A stretch of DNA of 60,099 nucleotides, counting the filler, from Basidioascus undulatus (Eukaryota): NCBI GenBank assembly GCA_000826855.1. It is 4 parts of 4 records of this genome, joined end to end, with 100 filler letters (N's around TTAATTAATTAA, not from the genome) between each part and the next. Parts side by side here need not be neighbours in the genome. Positions count along the whole stretch, not along the records: positions 45,160 to 60,099 come from JTLS01000679.1; 3 more parts are not named here. One strand, written 5' to 3'. Both the position numbers and the translations under genes were made by a program. Shown here one piece after another: positions 48,561 through 60,099 of the stretch; position 1 is the first letter of the stretch; each line of letters begins with the position of its first letter. Below the pieces are notes generated by a model, which was given only the letters and a program-made list of their open reading frames with translations, searched no databases and had not been told where the DNA came from.

Positions 48561-49617
48561 GGTGCGGTAAGGGACGAGCGTCTGGTTGAGAGATTGTTGA
48601 TTGTTGATGGTGAGAGGCGAAGACGTTGTCGGGCCGGTCGCACCATACGGTTCCGAGTCTGGTTCGCCTGTTTTCGCTTTCGTCTGCCACAACCTTCTGT
48701 CTCTCCAACCGCATATTTTTCACGGCACGACTGAGAATAATAAAGTGTTTCCCTTCTCCTAAAGTGCACGCACGGATCTTGCGCTGGGTCGAGGTGGAGT
48801 ACGGTGGGAAGGCGACCACAGGATCGCTGGAGGCTGCCCATGCCAGCAGGCACAGGTGAGGGAGAAGTAGGCCGAGAATGCTTCGGGAGAAGAGGCGCTG
48901 CAGACGCATGCGTTTATTGAGGAGGGACTGTCGTCGCTTTCGAAGTAAAGGCTAGCAGGGAGCTGCCGAAGTCAATGCAGGCCCCCCTCACTCTCCTTGC
49001 TGCGTTGTCTGTGTTATACCTGATCTTCTGCATTAGTTGGTGCCTTCATAACTCGCTTCTCATAGTCTCGATCTGAAAGCGAAAGACGCCCGTGAAAAGT
49101 ACGACGCTGGCTTCAGTTGTGCTCGTAAGTTGAGAGCATGCATCCCGACTCCCTCCTGTTGCTCCATCAGCTGGAGTATGGCTCAATGAAACAGCATTGC
49201 CTGCTTTCAAATCGTGGCTAGCTTGCGACCGTAAAGGCACCGTCACTCCTGGAAGCAGTAGTTTGCGGCATAACCCAGTGCGTTGGGCAGTCGCACTTAA
49301 CCCCGTCAAAGTTTACACAAAGTATTTTTTCGACGATGCACAGTCTTGGCTTTGGTAAAAAAAAATAGGATTTTGGTGAAGTATATTCCATGAAAAAATT
49401 TAAGTAACAAAACAACCGCAAGGGAAAACAACAGCGATTTGATCACGTCAGACTGTCCCACCCGATAAGGCCAATCGCGTCTGAAGCGCGTCGCCCTGAC
49501 CCCCTCTCAACCCTCAACGCTCTCCCTCTCACACTCTGATAATCACGACTCCCTTACAACGCAACACCTGCACATACCGGATTAGTTGAATTCCCGCTTG
49601 CTGCCTATACTTGATCC

Positions 49618-52600
49618 ATGATTCCTGGCATTCTCGCTCTAGCGGCGCTGGCCACCCTGGAGCACGGTGCCGCCGCCCACAGGCACGCACCTTCCCTTCC
49701 GCGCGGACCGCTGCAGTGGGGCGATATCAACTTCCTCCAGACCACTGATACGCATGGTAAGGGATGATCTAGCTTTAATGTATGGAATAAGGGTGCTTAA
49801 CAGGTCGCTATGGCACGTCGCAGGCTGGTTGCTGGGGCACCAGAAGAACAGTGAGCCGGAGCCGAATGGTGCGTTGCAGAGCTTCCCCTTTCACGGAAGG
49901 GCACTCGCTCAAGGAATGACGAGGGACCTCTTTATTTTGGTAGCTTCGGGAGATTGGGGAGACTACGCCAGCTTCGTGCAGCACATGCGTGCGTTACTGC
50001 TTCCTCTCCGTGCGGTCTGGAACGCTTACACCGTGTCACTGCCTTCTCCACTTGCAGGAGCTCAAGCCGACGTACGAACAGTAGTGTCGAATCATACTCT
50101 AGTCGAATAGGCATAACTGACCCATACGACCGGGTGTACACTCCAACACGACAGGAGAGAGGTGTCGATCTGCTCGTTATCGACTCTGGAGATTTGCACG
50201 ACGGATCGGGCCTCTCCGATGGGTTTCCACCAGGTGGCAAGTCCATTGGACCAAAGATGCCGACGGTTCTGTCCGAGCAATTCACGTTGGTCCCTTCCGG
50301 GCGAACACAGGCGTGAACGGCCACGAGACGGACGAGATCTTTGCCGAGCTCGATGTCGATTTGCTCACGATTGGCAATCATGGCCTGTACAAGTCGGACG
50401 TCGCGCTCGACATCTACCGCAGCTTTGCACCAAAGTGGTCCGTCACTCTCGTCGCCCCTTCCATCCCCCTCTTTCCTGCACCTCACAGCAAATCGCCGCA
50501 TTCTCTTCCTTGATCGGGCGCACGCTGACGATGGCCTGCGTTCGAACTTTGGTTGGGAATGACGGTTAAAGGGGAGGCCGCTATCTTACTTCCAACGTCA
50601 ACATTACCGTCCCTGGCTCGAATGAGTCTCGTCCGATCGGAGGTTTGTCGGTATATGCAGGGACGTGGAGAACCTAAGCTGACCGTGCCCTCAAACTCAC
50701 CCTGTCCACTGTGCTTAGACCGATTCCGTAAATTTGTGACCAAGCAGGGCCGGAACGTGACCGCGTTTGGGTTCCTTTACGTGCGTTGTCGACGCGCTGC
50801 TTCCCGCATTCCTCTGTCATCACCGCAGCTCATCGCAGGTCGAGACGCCCTCAGAACTTCAAATATGGCACGCCTATTATGCACGTCCAGTCGACAGCCA
50901 AGATGGGTGCGTATATTGCGCACAAGCCAGCGCTCTGTCAACAGCCAGTGTGCGACTGCTGACGTTGCGTGCACGGCTAGTCCACGAGCAGTGGTTCCAG
51001 GAGGCGATCGCTGAGGAGCCTAGCTTGTGCGTTGCATGCCGGTTCTTTCTTCCCGCGTCGCCGCTCGACAAGGAGCGCTCAATCAGTACTTGGCCTTACC
51101 TGCAGCTTCCTCCTCAACGGCCATGTTCCCGTGCGCGACCCGTCCTGGGAACCGGTCTTTGCCGCCATCCGCGCTGTCCACCCGCACACGCCCATTATCG
51201 CTTTTGGTGGTGGGTCATCTACCAAACTTCATACTGCTCCTTGAGTTCTCCTTAACGTGGCGCGGGACTGTACAGGACACTACCACATCCGCGACTGCAG
51301 GCTTCCGGACGAGCGTTCCATCCTGCTTGCTGGCGGACGTTACATGGTGCGTCGTTCAAGAGCTTCTATGTGCTGATCAACGTTGTTAATTTCATGACGG
51401 TACCTTACTCAGGAGACCATCGGCTTCGTTAGTACGTGTCGATGCTGATCGATTCCTCCATCCTGATCTCCCTTCTGATTCACCTCATTCGCCGACCCGC
51501 AGGCGCAAACTTGACCGCACCCTCCTTCTCCTCCTCTTCTCTCCCCGTCTTCCGCCGTTATTTGGACGCGAACCCAGTCACCTACCGCTTCCACGCCCGC
51601 GTGCGAGATCTGTCAACGGCGCTGGGCAACAAGATCAAGTCCGAACTCTGGACGCTTTGGGCGCGCTTTGGGCTCGGCGAGGTCTACGGGAGTGCGCCGC
51701 ACGACTATTACGTGGACCGCGTACCCTACCCCGACGAGAAGAGCGTCTTGAGCCTGTATGGCGACTTGGTGCGTGTCGGGCGAGATAGAGTGGGCGGCAG
51801 GAATGGCTGATGCGTGAGGGCGTATGGACAGGTTCTACCGGCGACTGTTGTCAACCAGAGCAGGCCGCACGACAAGATCGTCTTCCTGAACAGCGGCGCC
51901 CAGCGCTTTGACATCTATAAGGTTTGCATTCTGTCTTCACGACCTACTCGACCGCCCTCAGTAATCGCATCCGTCTTGTTTCCCACCCACAAAGGGGACA
52001 TTGACTCGCAACGACCGCTTCGTCACAACCCCATTCAAGAACCAGTTCCTGTACTTTCCTGGTCCGTCACCGGCCTTTTGACTCTGCTGTCCTCCCAGTT
52101 CCGGTATTGACAGCCCATTTTCGCATCCCGCAGCCGTGCCTTATTCTATCGCCTCCAAGATACTTCCCGCCTTGAACGCGCTCCCCGACCCGCATTTCAT
52201 GACGTTCGAGAGCGTGTATGGTGAGGGGTCGCGGGACCTTAATGAGCAGCCGGAGGGAGAGGAGGACGTCGAGCTCGTGTTTCAGAACTGGAAGCGGTCG
52301 ATGTACGACGCTGCGTCCGCGCAGCCTGTTCGCAGGGACCACTCGAGGGATTTGCAGCGCCGGACACTGGGCTATGTGAACTTCCGCCCTCGCATCGCTG
52401 CTGTGCTTCCTCGCTTCCATTCCTGACGTCCCCCTTATCGTGCATGTCCAGGTCACCGTTGACTCGTGCCCCGGTCATGGCGACGACACTGCGCACGACC
52501 CTATCCCGGTCTTCCCGCAACCCGTGTACATCGCATCGCCTGACCCGCTGGGCGCGACCGACGACACGCCAATTGATGTTGTTTTCGCGGACTTGTGCAT

Positions 52601-52818
52601 CCCGCTTTGCAACTTCATATCTCGGATGCTTGAACAGCGACTGACCGTTTCTCCCCTGCTTGCCCCTGCGCAGCGTTCTCCCCGACCTGCAGCGTGTCCT
52701 GGAGCAATTGGCACCAGCGATCAAGTGGGGCACGGCGCAGGTGTACTCATCCGTTACATCGGACGAGGCGCTCGCGATATATGCGCGACAGGCGTGGAGC
52801 GGCTCAAAGAAGGAATGA
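49618..52818 (+). CDS. Secreted/vacuolar calcineurin-like metallophosphoesterase / 5'-nucleotidase (YHR202W-like), multi-exon
   Basis: Signal peptide, WGDINFLQTTDTH|GWL, DLLVIDSGDLHDGSGLSD, TIGNH, YLTSNV, FGG|HYHIRD, GRYM|ETIGF, NSGAQRFDIY, DSCPGHGDDTAH. TGA at 52816-52818. Confidence 0.92.
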
Positions 52819-53123
52819 GAAACGAGCTTGCAGGATTGTACTCCACTTTACCTTACCTAGACAGCGCCCGGCGCGATGCTATGGCGGACCCGCAGGGCAT
52901 GCGCTTGTATTACCAACCAAGTCTGCGGCAGAGTGTATGGTATGGTAGAGGCGAAGGCAGTACACTAAAGGAGAAAGACGAGAGGCCCACCATGCAATGG
53001 GGGCAGAAGGAGTCCGCATGATGAAAGACAAACAAGTTCAGAAACCCGGGGGAGACCAAGAAGACAAAGCAGAGTTGGAAGCAGAAGGTCGGACAGAAAG
53101 TGGTATCTAGCAGTCTTGGGTGC

Positions 53124-56100
53124 TCACAGCGCAAGTGCGCGCGTAAGCAGGGTATCGAGTTCCTGTGTTTCGCAAGGGCCTCATCAGTCACCCATTCTTC
53201 GAAGCGAAAACGTTTCTACGGAAGCTCACATCTTCCAACACGCTGAGATTTTTCCGAACGGGCGCAAATACGGGTGCAAGGTCCGGGTGCAAGTCGGCGT
53301 CCCTCCCCTCGCCGAACCAGACCCGCTCGACGTAGTCGCCCTCGGGCGCCCTGGCGGGCCTGCGCTCCGCGGCGTCATCCACGATCGCCATGAGGTGGCG
53401 GAGGCCGAAATCCTCGCGATAAGCGAGGGCGAGGGAGCCGGTCGGGCTCGGGCTGCCGCCCGCCCCACCCGCGCCGAAGCGCTGCGGGTGAAAGTTGACG
53501 GACGGCGGCGTCGGGTTCGTCAGCGTCTCGGCGCCGGAGGACGTGACGGGTGTGGACGGGCTCGGCGAGCGGCTCTGCGCGCTCGAATAGTCCGACGCGG
53601 ACGTGTTCGTCGACGGCTTGTGTGCGTGCCGCTGCTGCGCTGCGGAGGCGGTAGCGACCTGCTGGCGCAGCGACGACTGGCGCGGGAGCGTCGCCCCGCC
53701 CGCGGGGGTGACACTGCGAGAGCGCGGTGCGCCGTCGAGCGGGGACTGCGAGCGGGGGGCGATGGAAGGCGACATGGCTCGCGGGGCCGAGCCCGTTGGG
53801 GACTGGGAGCGCGCGAGCGCCTCTTCGCGCTGTGAGCGCAGCGACGACGCGATGCCCATGCCGGATGCTGCTGCTGCCCGCGCCGCCTGGTCTTGCGTTT
53901 GCTGCTGCTGCTCGGGCTGGGTCGGCGACGGCTGCGGCTGGTGCTGGCCGTCCTTGACGCGCGCGAGGACGCGGTCGATGCGCTCCTCTAGCGAGGACGA
54001 GTCGGCATCGCGCATGCCCGGGCTGCCCGCGCGCTGGAGCACCTCTGCGAGGAGGTCGCCCGCGCTCGGCGTGACTGAGCGTGTGCGCTCGGGGTTATAG
54101 CTCGTGGGCGTCGCCGAGCCGCTCCCGCCGATGTTGAGCGGCGCGGTCCTGAGCGCGCGCACGGCGCGCTCGTCGTCGTCCTCGTCGTTTGGGCCGGGGG
54201 TGCTCGTGCCGTCGAGGTCGGAGCGCGTGCTCGCGCGACGGCCCGCGTCGGAGGAGTCAGCGCCCGGGCGGGCGCCGCTCCAGACCTGCTCCATGATGTC
54301 CGAGATGTCGTAGCTCTCGCCGTCCGGGTGGACATACGAGTACCGGACCTGGGGCTCGCCCGCGTCGCTCTCGATGATCGAGCTCCGGATCGTCGACTGG
54401 TCCGCAAGGAGCAGGTCCACCCCTTGCTCGTCGTTCTCCCGCGCGCCGAGGATCGCACGCTGGTTCGCCCGCGACGCCGCTCGCTGCGCGGCGATGATCT
54501 CCGCGAGGGAGGGCGCCGGCGCGGAGGAGTCCGACTCGGAGGTCGACAGCGGTGGCGGGAGGGCGCGCTGCTGTCGTTGTAGTTGTTGCTGTTGCTGCTG
54601 TTGTTGTTGCATTACAGCAGCAGCGACCGCCTCGTTGCTCGTCAGACGGCGGGACGTTGGCCGCGGCGTAGCGCGGCGGAGGACAAAGACGGGGTCCGAA
54701 GGCGCGACGTCGTCGGGCGTGCCGAGCTGGAGAGAAGCGTCGAGCGAGCGCCGCCGGAGGTCGGCGGAACGACGCTCGAAGACCTTGAACAGCGGTGCCC
54801 GGGGGAAGACGTCGATCGCGCGGCTGTTGGGTGCCAGGGCGCGCTCTACCCTCGGCGCGACGCGTCAGCTTGAGCATGATAGAAGCACAGGAAGGAAAGA
54901 AAGGCGAACGCACCCTCGCTCCCGGACACGGCCACCGCGAGCCTGTACCTCACCCACGCGACGCTCCTCCTCTTCCCGCTGCCTCCAACCTTGTCCTCCA
55001 CGTCGTCCCCGCCCTCCACAACGCCCTCAAGGATCCCGAACCGGTCGAGCGCAGCCTCGATGACCTCCGCGACGCTCACATTGCGCGGGAAGAAGAGGAC
55101 CTTCCGACGCTCCGTGCGGCTGACCTCGGCGTTCGCGCTGGCGCCCGCCGCGCCGCCGCTGCGCTCGGCCAGCGCAGAGCGCGGGACGATCGCGCTCGTG
55201 GTTGGGTCGAAGATGAGGCCCTCGGGCAGGTCGGAGGGGTGGATCGCCACTTGGAGGGCGAAGCGTGCGGTGGGGGAGACGAGGCGCGCGGAGTCGGCGG
55301 AGGATGCGGAGGAAGCATGGTCGAGCGCGAGCGGCGCCGGGCGCGATGCAGCCGCGGAGGCGTCGTCGTTCGACAGGCCGCGGGAGAGGTCTGAGGCGCC
55401 GGAGAGGTTCGCCGCGTCGCTGATTGCCAAGTCGACCGAGCGGTCGCCCACCCCCGCGCCGTTGTCCCGCCTGTGGAGATAGAGCTTGACGACAGAGTCG
55501 TCCGAGAAGTCGCTCATCCCGAGGCGCGTAATCGCCGGGTTCAAGCTGAGGTTGCTAGCGATGGACGAGATGCTCCCGACGCTGCTGCGCTTGACGCTGG
55601 GCGGGGGTGCGAGTTCGCCGAGCGCGCGCGCTGCGTCCTCGAACACGCCTAGGGGGGCCTGGTCGGGCCGCAGCATACTCTCGACACCGCCCTCGAGCTC
55701 CTTCACCGCGAGGTAGTAGTCCGCCTCTCGCTCGCCGGGCGGGAGCCGGAAGCGCTGCATCGCCTGCCGGACGAGGTCGGCCGAGGACGTCGAGTGCGAG
55801 AGGAGCACGGTCTTGAACGTCGCTTCGCAGTGGACGTTTGGGCCGGCGAAGATCCGGAGGACGGAGAGCGTCGGCGCGGCGATTAGCGAGCCCGGGCGTG
55901 GGCGCGCGGGCGTCTGAGAGGGCGCGGAGGGCGGCTGCTGCTGCTGCTGCTGTTGTTGTTGTTGCTCGGCGACGGTGGACAGCGGCTGGAGACCGGCGTA
56001 GGAGGGGGTGGTGGATGTGGGTGATGTCGGCGAGACGGGCGGGTTGCGCGCGAGGTACTGCTGGTAGAGCTCTGTGTGGGTGCAAGGCAAATGCCCAAAT

Positions 56101-58168
56101 CAGTATCATACCGCCCCCGAGATGCCATCAAGCCACGCCACGCACGCTGCTGCTGCTGATCCCTCTGCTGCACGCCGATCCCATGCCCGAGAGGTACAAC
56201 GGGTGCGCTGGCCCTCGGGCCAAGCGCGCCCATGTGCGGCTCGCCCGCGCCCCCGCCCGCACCGCCCGTGCGTTGGAGGTGTCCCTCGTCGCTGCGCGGG
56301 TGGCGCAGCGAGTCCTCGCTCTCCCTCGCGACAAACGAGTCCGAGTCATTGCTGGGTCGCCCTGCGCCAGCGAGGCCGCCCAAGCTCGCAGACGACACGG
56401 GCGCAAGCTTCGGGTCCGTCTTGGGCTTCTTCTCCTTCTTCTTGAACAGGCCGCCGAGGATCCCCCCGCCCCCTCCGCCAGAGGCGCTCTTCTTGCGCTC
56501 CTTCTCCGCCTCGCGCTCGAGCGCCGCGGCGTCCTTGGACAGCTTCTTCAGCCGCTTCTTGTCCTCCTTCGAGAGCTTACGCTTCTTCCCGCTCCCCCCG
56601 GGCGCGCCGGCGTTCTCGGCGGACCCGACGTCCTCCGACTCGCCGGAGCGCAGCGACTCGGGCGTACTCCGTCCACCGATGGAAGAGACGGTGGAGGACA
56701 CCGCGGACGTGTTCGAGTTGTACCTCCGCGCGTCGCGGACTGCATTTTGAGTAGCGATCGCGCTGGGGAGGAGTGGCCCGCCCGGCCCCTGCGCGACGGA
56801 GGGCGTGAGCGTCACTTTGCGCGTGGGGGACGTCGCTGGGTCGAGAGCGGCGGGGTCGGCAATGAGCCGCTCGCGCGAGGTCTGCGTGCGCAGCGTCGAG
56901 GGCTGCTGCGAGGGCGAGGGGGAGGGGGAGGTGCTGGGTTCGCCGGAAGCGGAGGCGGAAGAGGAGGGGGAGGTGGAGAGCGGGGCCGTCGGGGCCGTGG
57001 TGATTGTGGGTGCGGAGCGATCGCCCGCTGCGCGGAGGGAGGACGGTATGCTCTGCACGGGCGCGGTTGCGGACGCGGGAGCGGCGGCGGTGGCAGCGGC
57101 GACGGCGGAGGAGACCGCCTGCTGCTGCTGCTGCTGGAGCTCGGCCTCCCTCGCGCGGAGCCTGCGCTCCTGCTCCGCCGCGCCGGCCTCGTCCTCCCAG
57201 CTCATCCCGTCATCGGGCTCCATCCCGTCGAGCGCGTCCTCCCCCTCCGCAGCACCCTGCCCGTCGCCCCGCTGCCCATCCGCGCCCTCGCCCTCCTCGT
57301 AATCCTCCTCGTCCCACTCCTGCACTGACCCCTCCTCGTCCTCCTCCGAGTCGTCCAGGTACCCCTCGTGCTCATGGTACGTCGGCGCAGTAAACATCAC
57401 GCTCCGCCGCGGCGCGTGCGGGTTCCCGCCCGGTGGGCTGAGCACGCCGCCCGCCAGCCGCGCTTGTGAGCGCGGGTCCGCCGCAGCGGCCTCCCGCGCG
57501 CGCTGGCGCGCCTGCGCGGGCTCGCCGGAGCGCTCGTCGGGCGTCGCGGAGGCGAGCTGGAGTCGGGGGGTCGTTCAGCACAAACGGGGAGGTGGACGGG
57601 AATGGGAGGGGACGCACATCGACATTCCTGTGCTTGTTAAGGCGCGCGAGACGCTCGAAAGGCGTCTCGATGTTTTCAGCAGGAATGTAGCCGATCTCTT
57701 GGGTCTTGAGGACACGGACGAGCCACCAGTACGCGTTGCCGTCGTCGAGGAGGACGAGCGAGTCGCCCTTGACGACGCTCGCCTGGCCCTCGACGGTCGC
57801 GAGGAAGGTGTGCAGCGCGTAGACGGAGGTCCAGTCGCTGGATGGTTCCCCACCATTTCATATCCAGCGCTCCTGGGAGACAGACAGGGGAAAGGAAGGG
57901 CAGAGGGAACGTACATCTCTGAATTGGGCACGGACATGGTGCTGGACACGTCGTCGTCGTCATAGTCCCCCTCGACGAGGTCCTCATCGTCGTCCTCGAG
58001 CATCGAGTGCGGCTCGTCGACATCCTGCTCGTGCTCGTAGCCCTGGCCGTGGCGGTGCTGCTGCGAGTGGTGGTGGTCGTAATATTCGTGCCCGGCTGCA
58101 GCATCGGCGTCGCGCAGCTGGAGCGTGTCCTGCCGCTGGGGCGCGTGTTGCACGGCAGCGGAGGACAT
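53124..58168 (-). CDS. TEA4: SH3 + Ras-association domain cell-polarity protein (Tea4/Bud14-like PP1 regulator)
   Basis: SH3 IDWTSVYALHTFLATVEGQASVVKGDSLVLLDDGNAYWWLVRVLKTQEIGYIPAENIETPFERLARLNKHRN, RVxF-like RRSVMF, RA domain VLRIFAG...ATFKTVLL...LVRQAMQRFRL, last exon ELDTLLTRALAL*. Confidence 0.9.
54570..54609 (-). repeat. CAG/CAA poly-Q coding repeat in the Tea4-like gene (others near 55935-55965 and 57120-57135)
   Basis: Runs of ctg/ttg on the + strand encode QQQQQQQQQLQRQQ. Confidence 0.8.
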
Positions 58169-58667
58169 CGTGGTGGTGATGGTGCCGCGGGAAGGGAGGG
58201 GGTCGTGATATGCAGGGGGGACGGAGAAGAGGGCGGCGATCAAGGGTCGGCCGCGGCAGGGGTTTGTCTGCCGGTGAGGTAGGCGTGCGGTGGGGTGTGG
58301 ATGGGGCCGGCACGCGCGGGACCAGCCTCGCTGCGTGTGTGTTTTATGCAACGCCGGGGGTCGTTGAGGGTCGTGAAAAGAGAAGTCTGAAATGCGTGGG
58401 CGGTGAAGCAAGCAAGGGAAGGCACAAGCAGCGGCTGAGCTTGAGCGGGAACGCACGGCACAAGTCCGGCCTAGTTTGTGGTTTTAGTACAGCTGAACTG
58501 AACTCCCACGCGCGCTCGAGTCGCGTCAACCTGGCTCAGTGAGCTCCTGACTTCGACCAAGTTGGACGCATCGAATCTACCAAGCACACGACCTATAACG
58601 AATCTTCCCTTCTACAAACCGACCTCGTTCTTGACTATACGCCCCTGCGATATCCTGGAAAGCGGCG

Positions 58668-60035
58668 ATGGAACCGCTGTACCAGTCCGTCGCGCGCCTC
58701 CTCCGCCCGCAGGAGCTCCTCAAGCTCGCTGCCGAGGTGCACACGCCCACCACCCCCTCCGCCGCCGCCGCCGAGCCTCACACGCCCCAACGCCGGGAGA
58801 AGCGCATCGTATGCGTCGTGGCGAATGTCGATCGCGGGGTGGAAGAAGCCTGGTCCGTCTACCACCCTCACCCGCTGTGCAGTTGAAACTGGACGGGGAC
58901 TGAGATGGGATGGGGGCACGCACAGCGTCTTCGTCCTCCGCCGCCGCACGCCCACACACCTCGCTGTCCTCGCCGTCCTCCCCATATACAAGGACTTCCG
59001 GATCACCATGACCCAGGCGCAGGCCGTACCGATGGGCGCGGGCGAGACGGTCGGCGCCGCTGCGTCGCCCGCCGACCCCACCGGGGGGGTGGAGTTCCGG
59101 AAGACGGGTGCGTGCGAGGGCTGACTGTGGGGCGGGAGGATGAGGGCTGATTGTGGGAGGAATGGGAGTGAAGGATTTGCGGTCCATTTGAGGACGGCGG
59201 GGATGGCCGCGGAGCTGTTTACGGATGATGCGGAGACGGTGCAGGACTTGTTGATTGAGGTTCGGAGACTCGTGTCGGTAGCGGGTGCGTTCTTTGTCTC
59301 TCCTTTCTTCCCTTCTCTGGAATGACCGAATTGTTTGACTGGATGGACAGAGGAGAACAACTTCCACGAGCATGGGCGCTCGCACGCCTGGTGCGGCTAC
59401 TACACGCCCTCCCTCCCCTCCGGCAGCACCACCTCCACGCCTTTGCACTCCCCGACCTCCTTGCACCGTCTCCCGCAAACCCGTCCGTCTCGTTCCTCCT
59501 TATTCCCCCTCTTCCTCCCATACTGAGCTTCACCCCTGCCCCCCAACAGTCCCAAGCAACATCTCCGCCCCCGCCTCCGCCTCCTCCGCCGCGCCCGCAG
59601 GGATGGGCGCGACCAGCCCGTTCGACGTCGCGTCCATCCGGGAGGACTGGCTCCGGCGGACGCTCGAGTCGCGCGAGGCCGAGTTTACGTCCAAGTCTAG
59701 CATCTCGTTCGTCCTTCTTCACTCCTTTCCTCCTCCTTCCTGCTTCCCTCTTTCTCTTTGTCTGTCACTCTCTCTCCCTTTTGCTGACAATTAGATACTT
59801 TGCCGGGGCACAGTGTCCGCGCCGGAACATTCAACGTGAACGGCCGTCTCCCCACGGAGGACCTGACCCCCTGGGTGCGCGGGTCGGCGGACGAGCGCGC
59901 CGCGGGGGGCGGGTGGGACCCGCCGGACCTGCTCGTGCTCGGCTTCCAGGAGCTGGACCTCAGCACAGAGGCGCTGCTGGTTGCCAACACCCTGAGGGAG
60001 GATGCGTGGTGCACGGCTGTTTTGGAGGCGCTCGG
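58668..60035 (+). CDS. Inositol polyphosphate 5-phosphatase (OCRL/INPP5B-like), 3' partial
   Basis: PH-like N-terminal exons, then REAEFT..|VRAGTFNVNGRLP..PPDLLVLGFQELDLSTEALL..REDAW (start of the 5-phosphatase domain). Runs off the window end. Confidence 0.9.
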
Positions 60036-60099
60036 TGAGGTTAACCAAGGTGCATAGACCTGGGGTCATTCTAGGTCAAAAGGAACCTCAGGAGTTCGA

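Noticed and set aside
55838..57328. Long antisense ORFs (496 aa here, also 20690-21535, 25421-26437 and 27231-28232)
   Set aside because: Shadow frames of GC3-rich coding exons on the opposite strand.
60036..60099. Composition change with TTAA and an in-frame TAG at the end of the OCRL-like gene, suggesting a transposon junction
   Set aside because: G|gtgagg is a good splice donor, so this may simply be an intron cut by the window end.
1..60099. CRISPR arrays, rRNA, intact transposase or reverse-transcriptase genes, secondary-metabolite cluster
   Set aside because: None were recognisable in the sequence. The FAD monooxygenase and UGT lie on different contigs with no backbone enzyme.

Overview
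Eukaryotic, GC-rich, very intron-dense fungal DNA. The short GT-AG introns with CTGAC/CTAAC-type branch sites and the gene families point to a basidiomycete. The window is not one locus. It consists of four separate contigs of decreasing length (14,960, 14,953, 14,946 and 14,940 bp) joined by identical 100-nt N44-TTAATTAATTAA-N44 linkers, so gene order across the linkers has no biological meaning. Contig 1: FAD monooxygenase, Gtr1/RagA, a small five-exon Hva1/Tudor-like gene missed by the ORF track, RNase T2, and a 5'-truncated Ca2+/H+ exchanger. Contig 2: UDP-glycosyltransferase, fused tryptophan synthase, tRNA-Ile(AAT) followed directly by a kinase-like fragment, KRE33/NAT10, and a partial Pex24-family gene. 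Contig 3: a partial Munc13/C2 protein with a frameshift, an MP88-like mannoprotein pseudogene, a CENP-K-like kinetochore gene, an orphan coiled-coil gene, and an FCP1-SAC6-TIM50 block in which all three genes are cut at two abrupt junctions. Contig 4: a Yox1-like homeobox gene, tRNA-Thr(AGT), a decayed F-box-like ORF, a secreted 5'-nucleotidase-like metallophosphoesterase, a Tea4/Bud14-like SH3-RA protein, and a partial OCRL-like inositol 5-phosphatase. I found no convincing novel multi-gene system. The most notable signals are the fused or truncated housekeeping genes (real genome decay versus misassembly), the CENP-K homolog in a basidiomycete, GC-AG introns and microexons at catalytic residues, and gene debris next to tRNAs. 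All gene models were spliced by eye, and family calls come from recognised motifs, not database searches.
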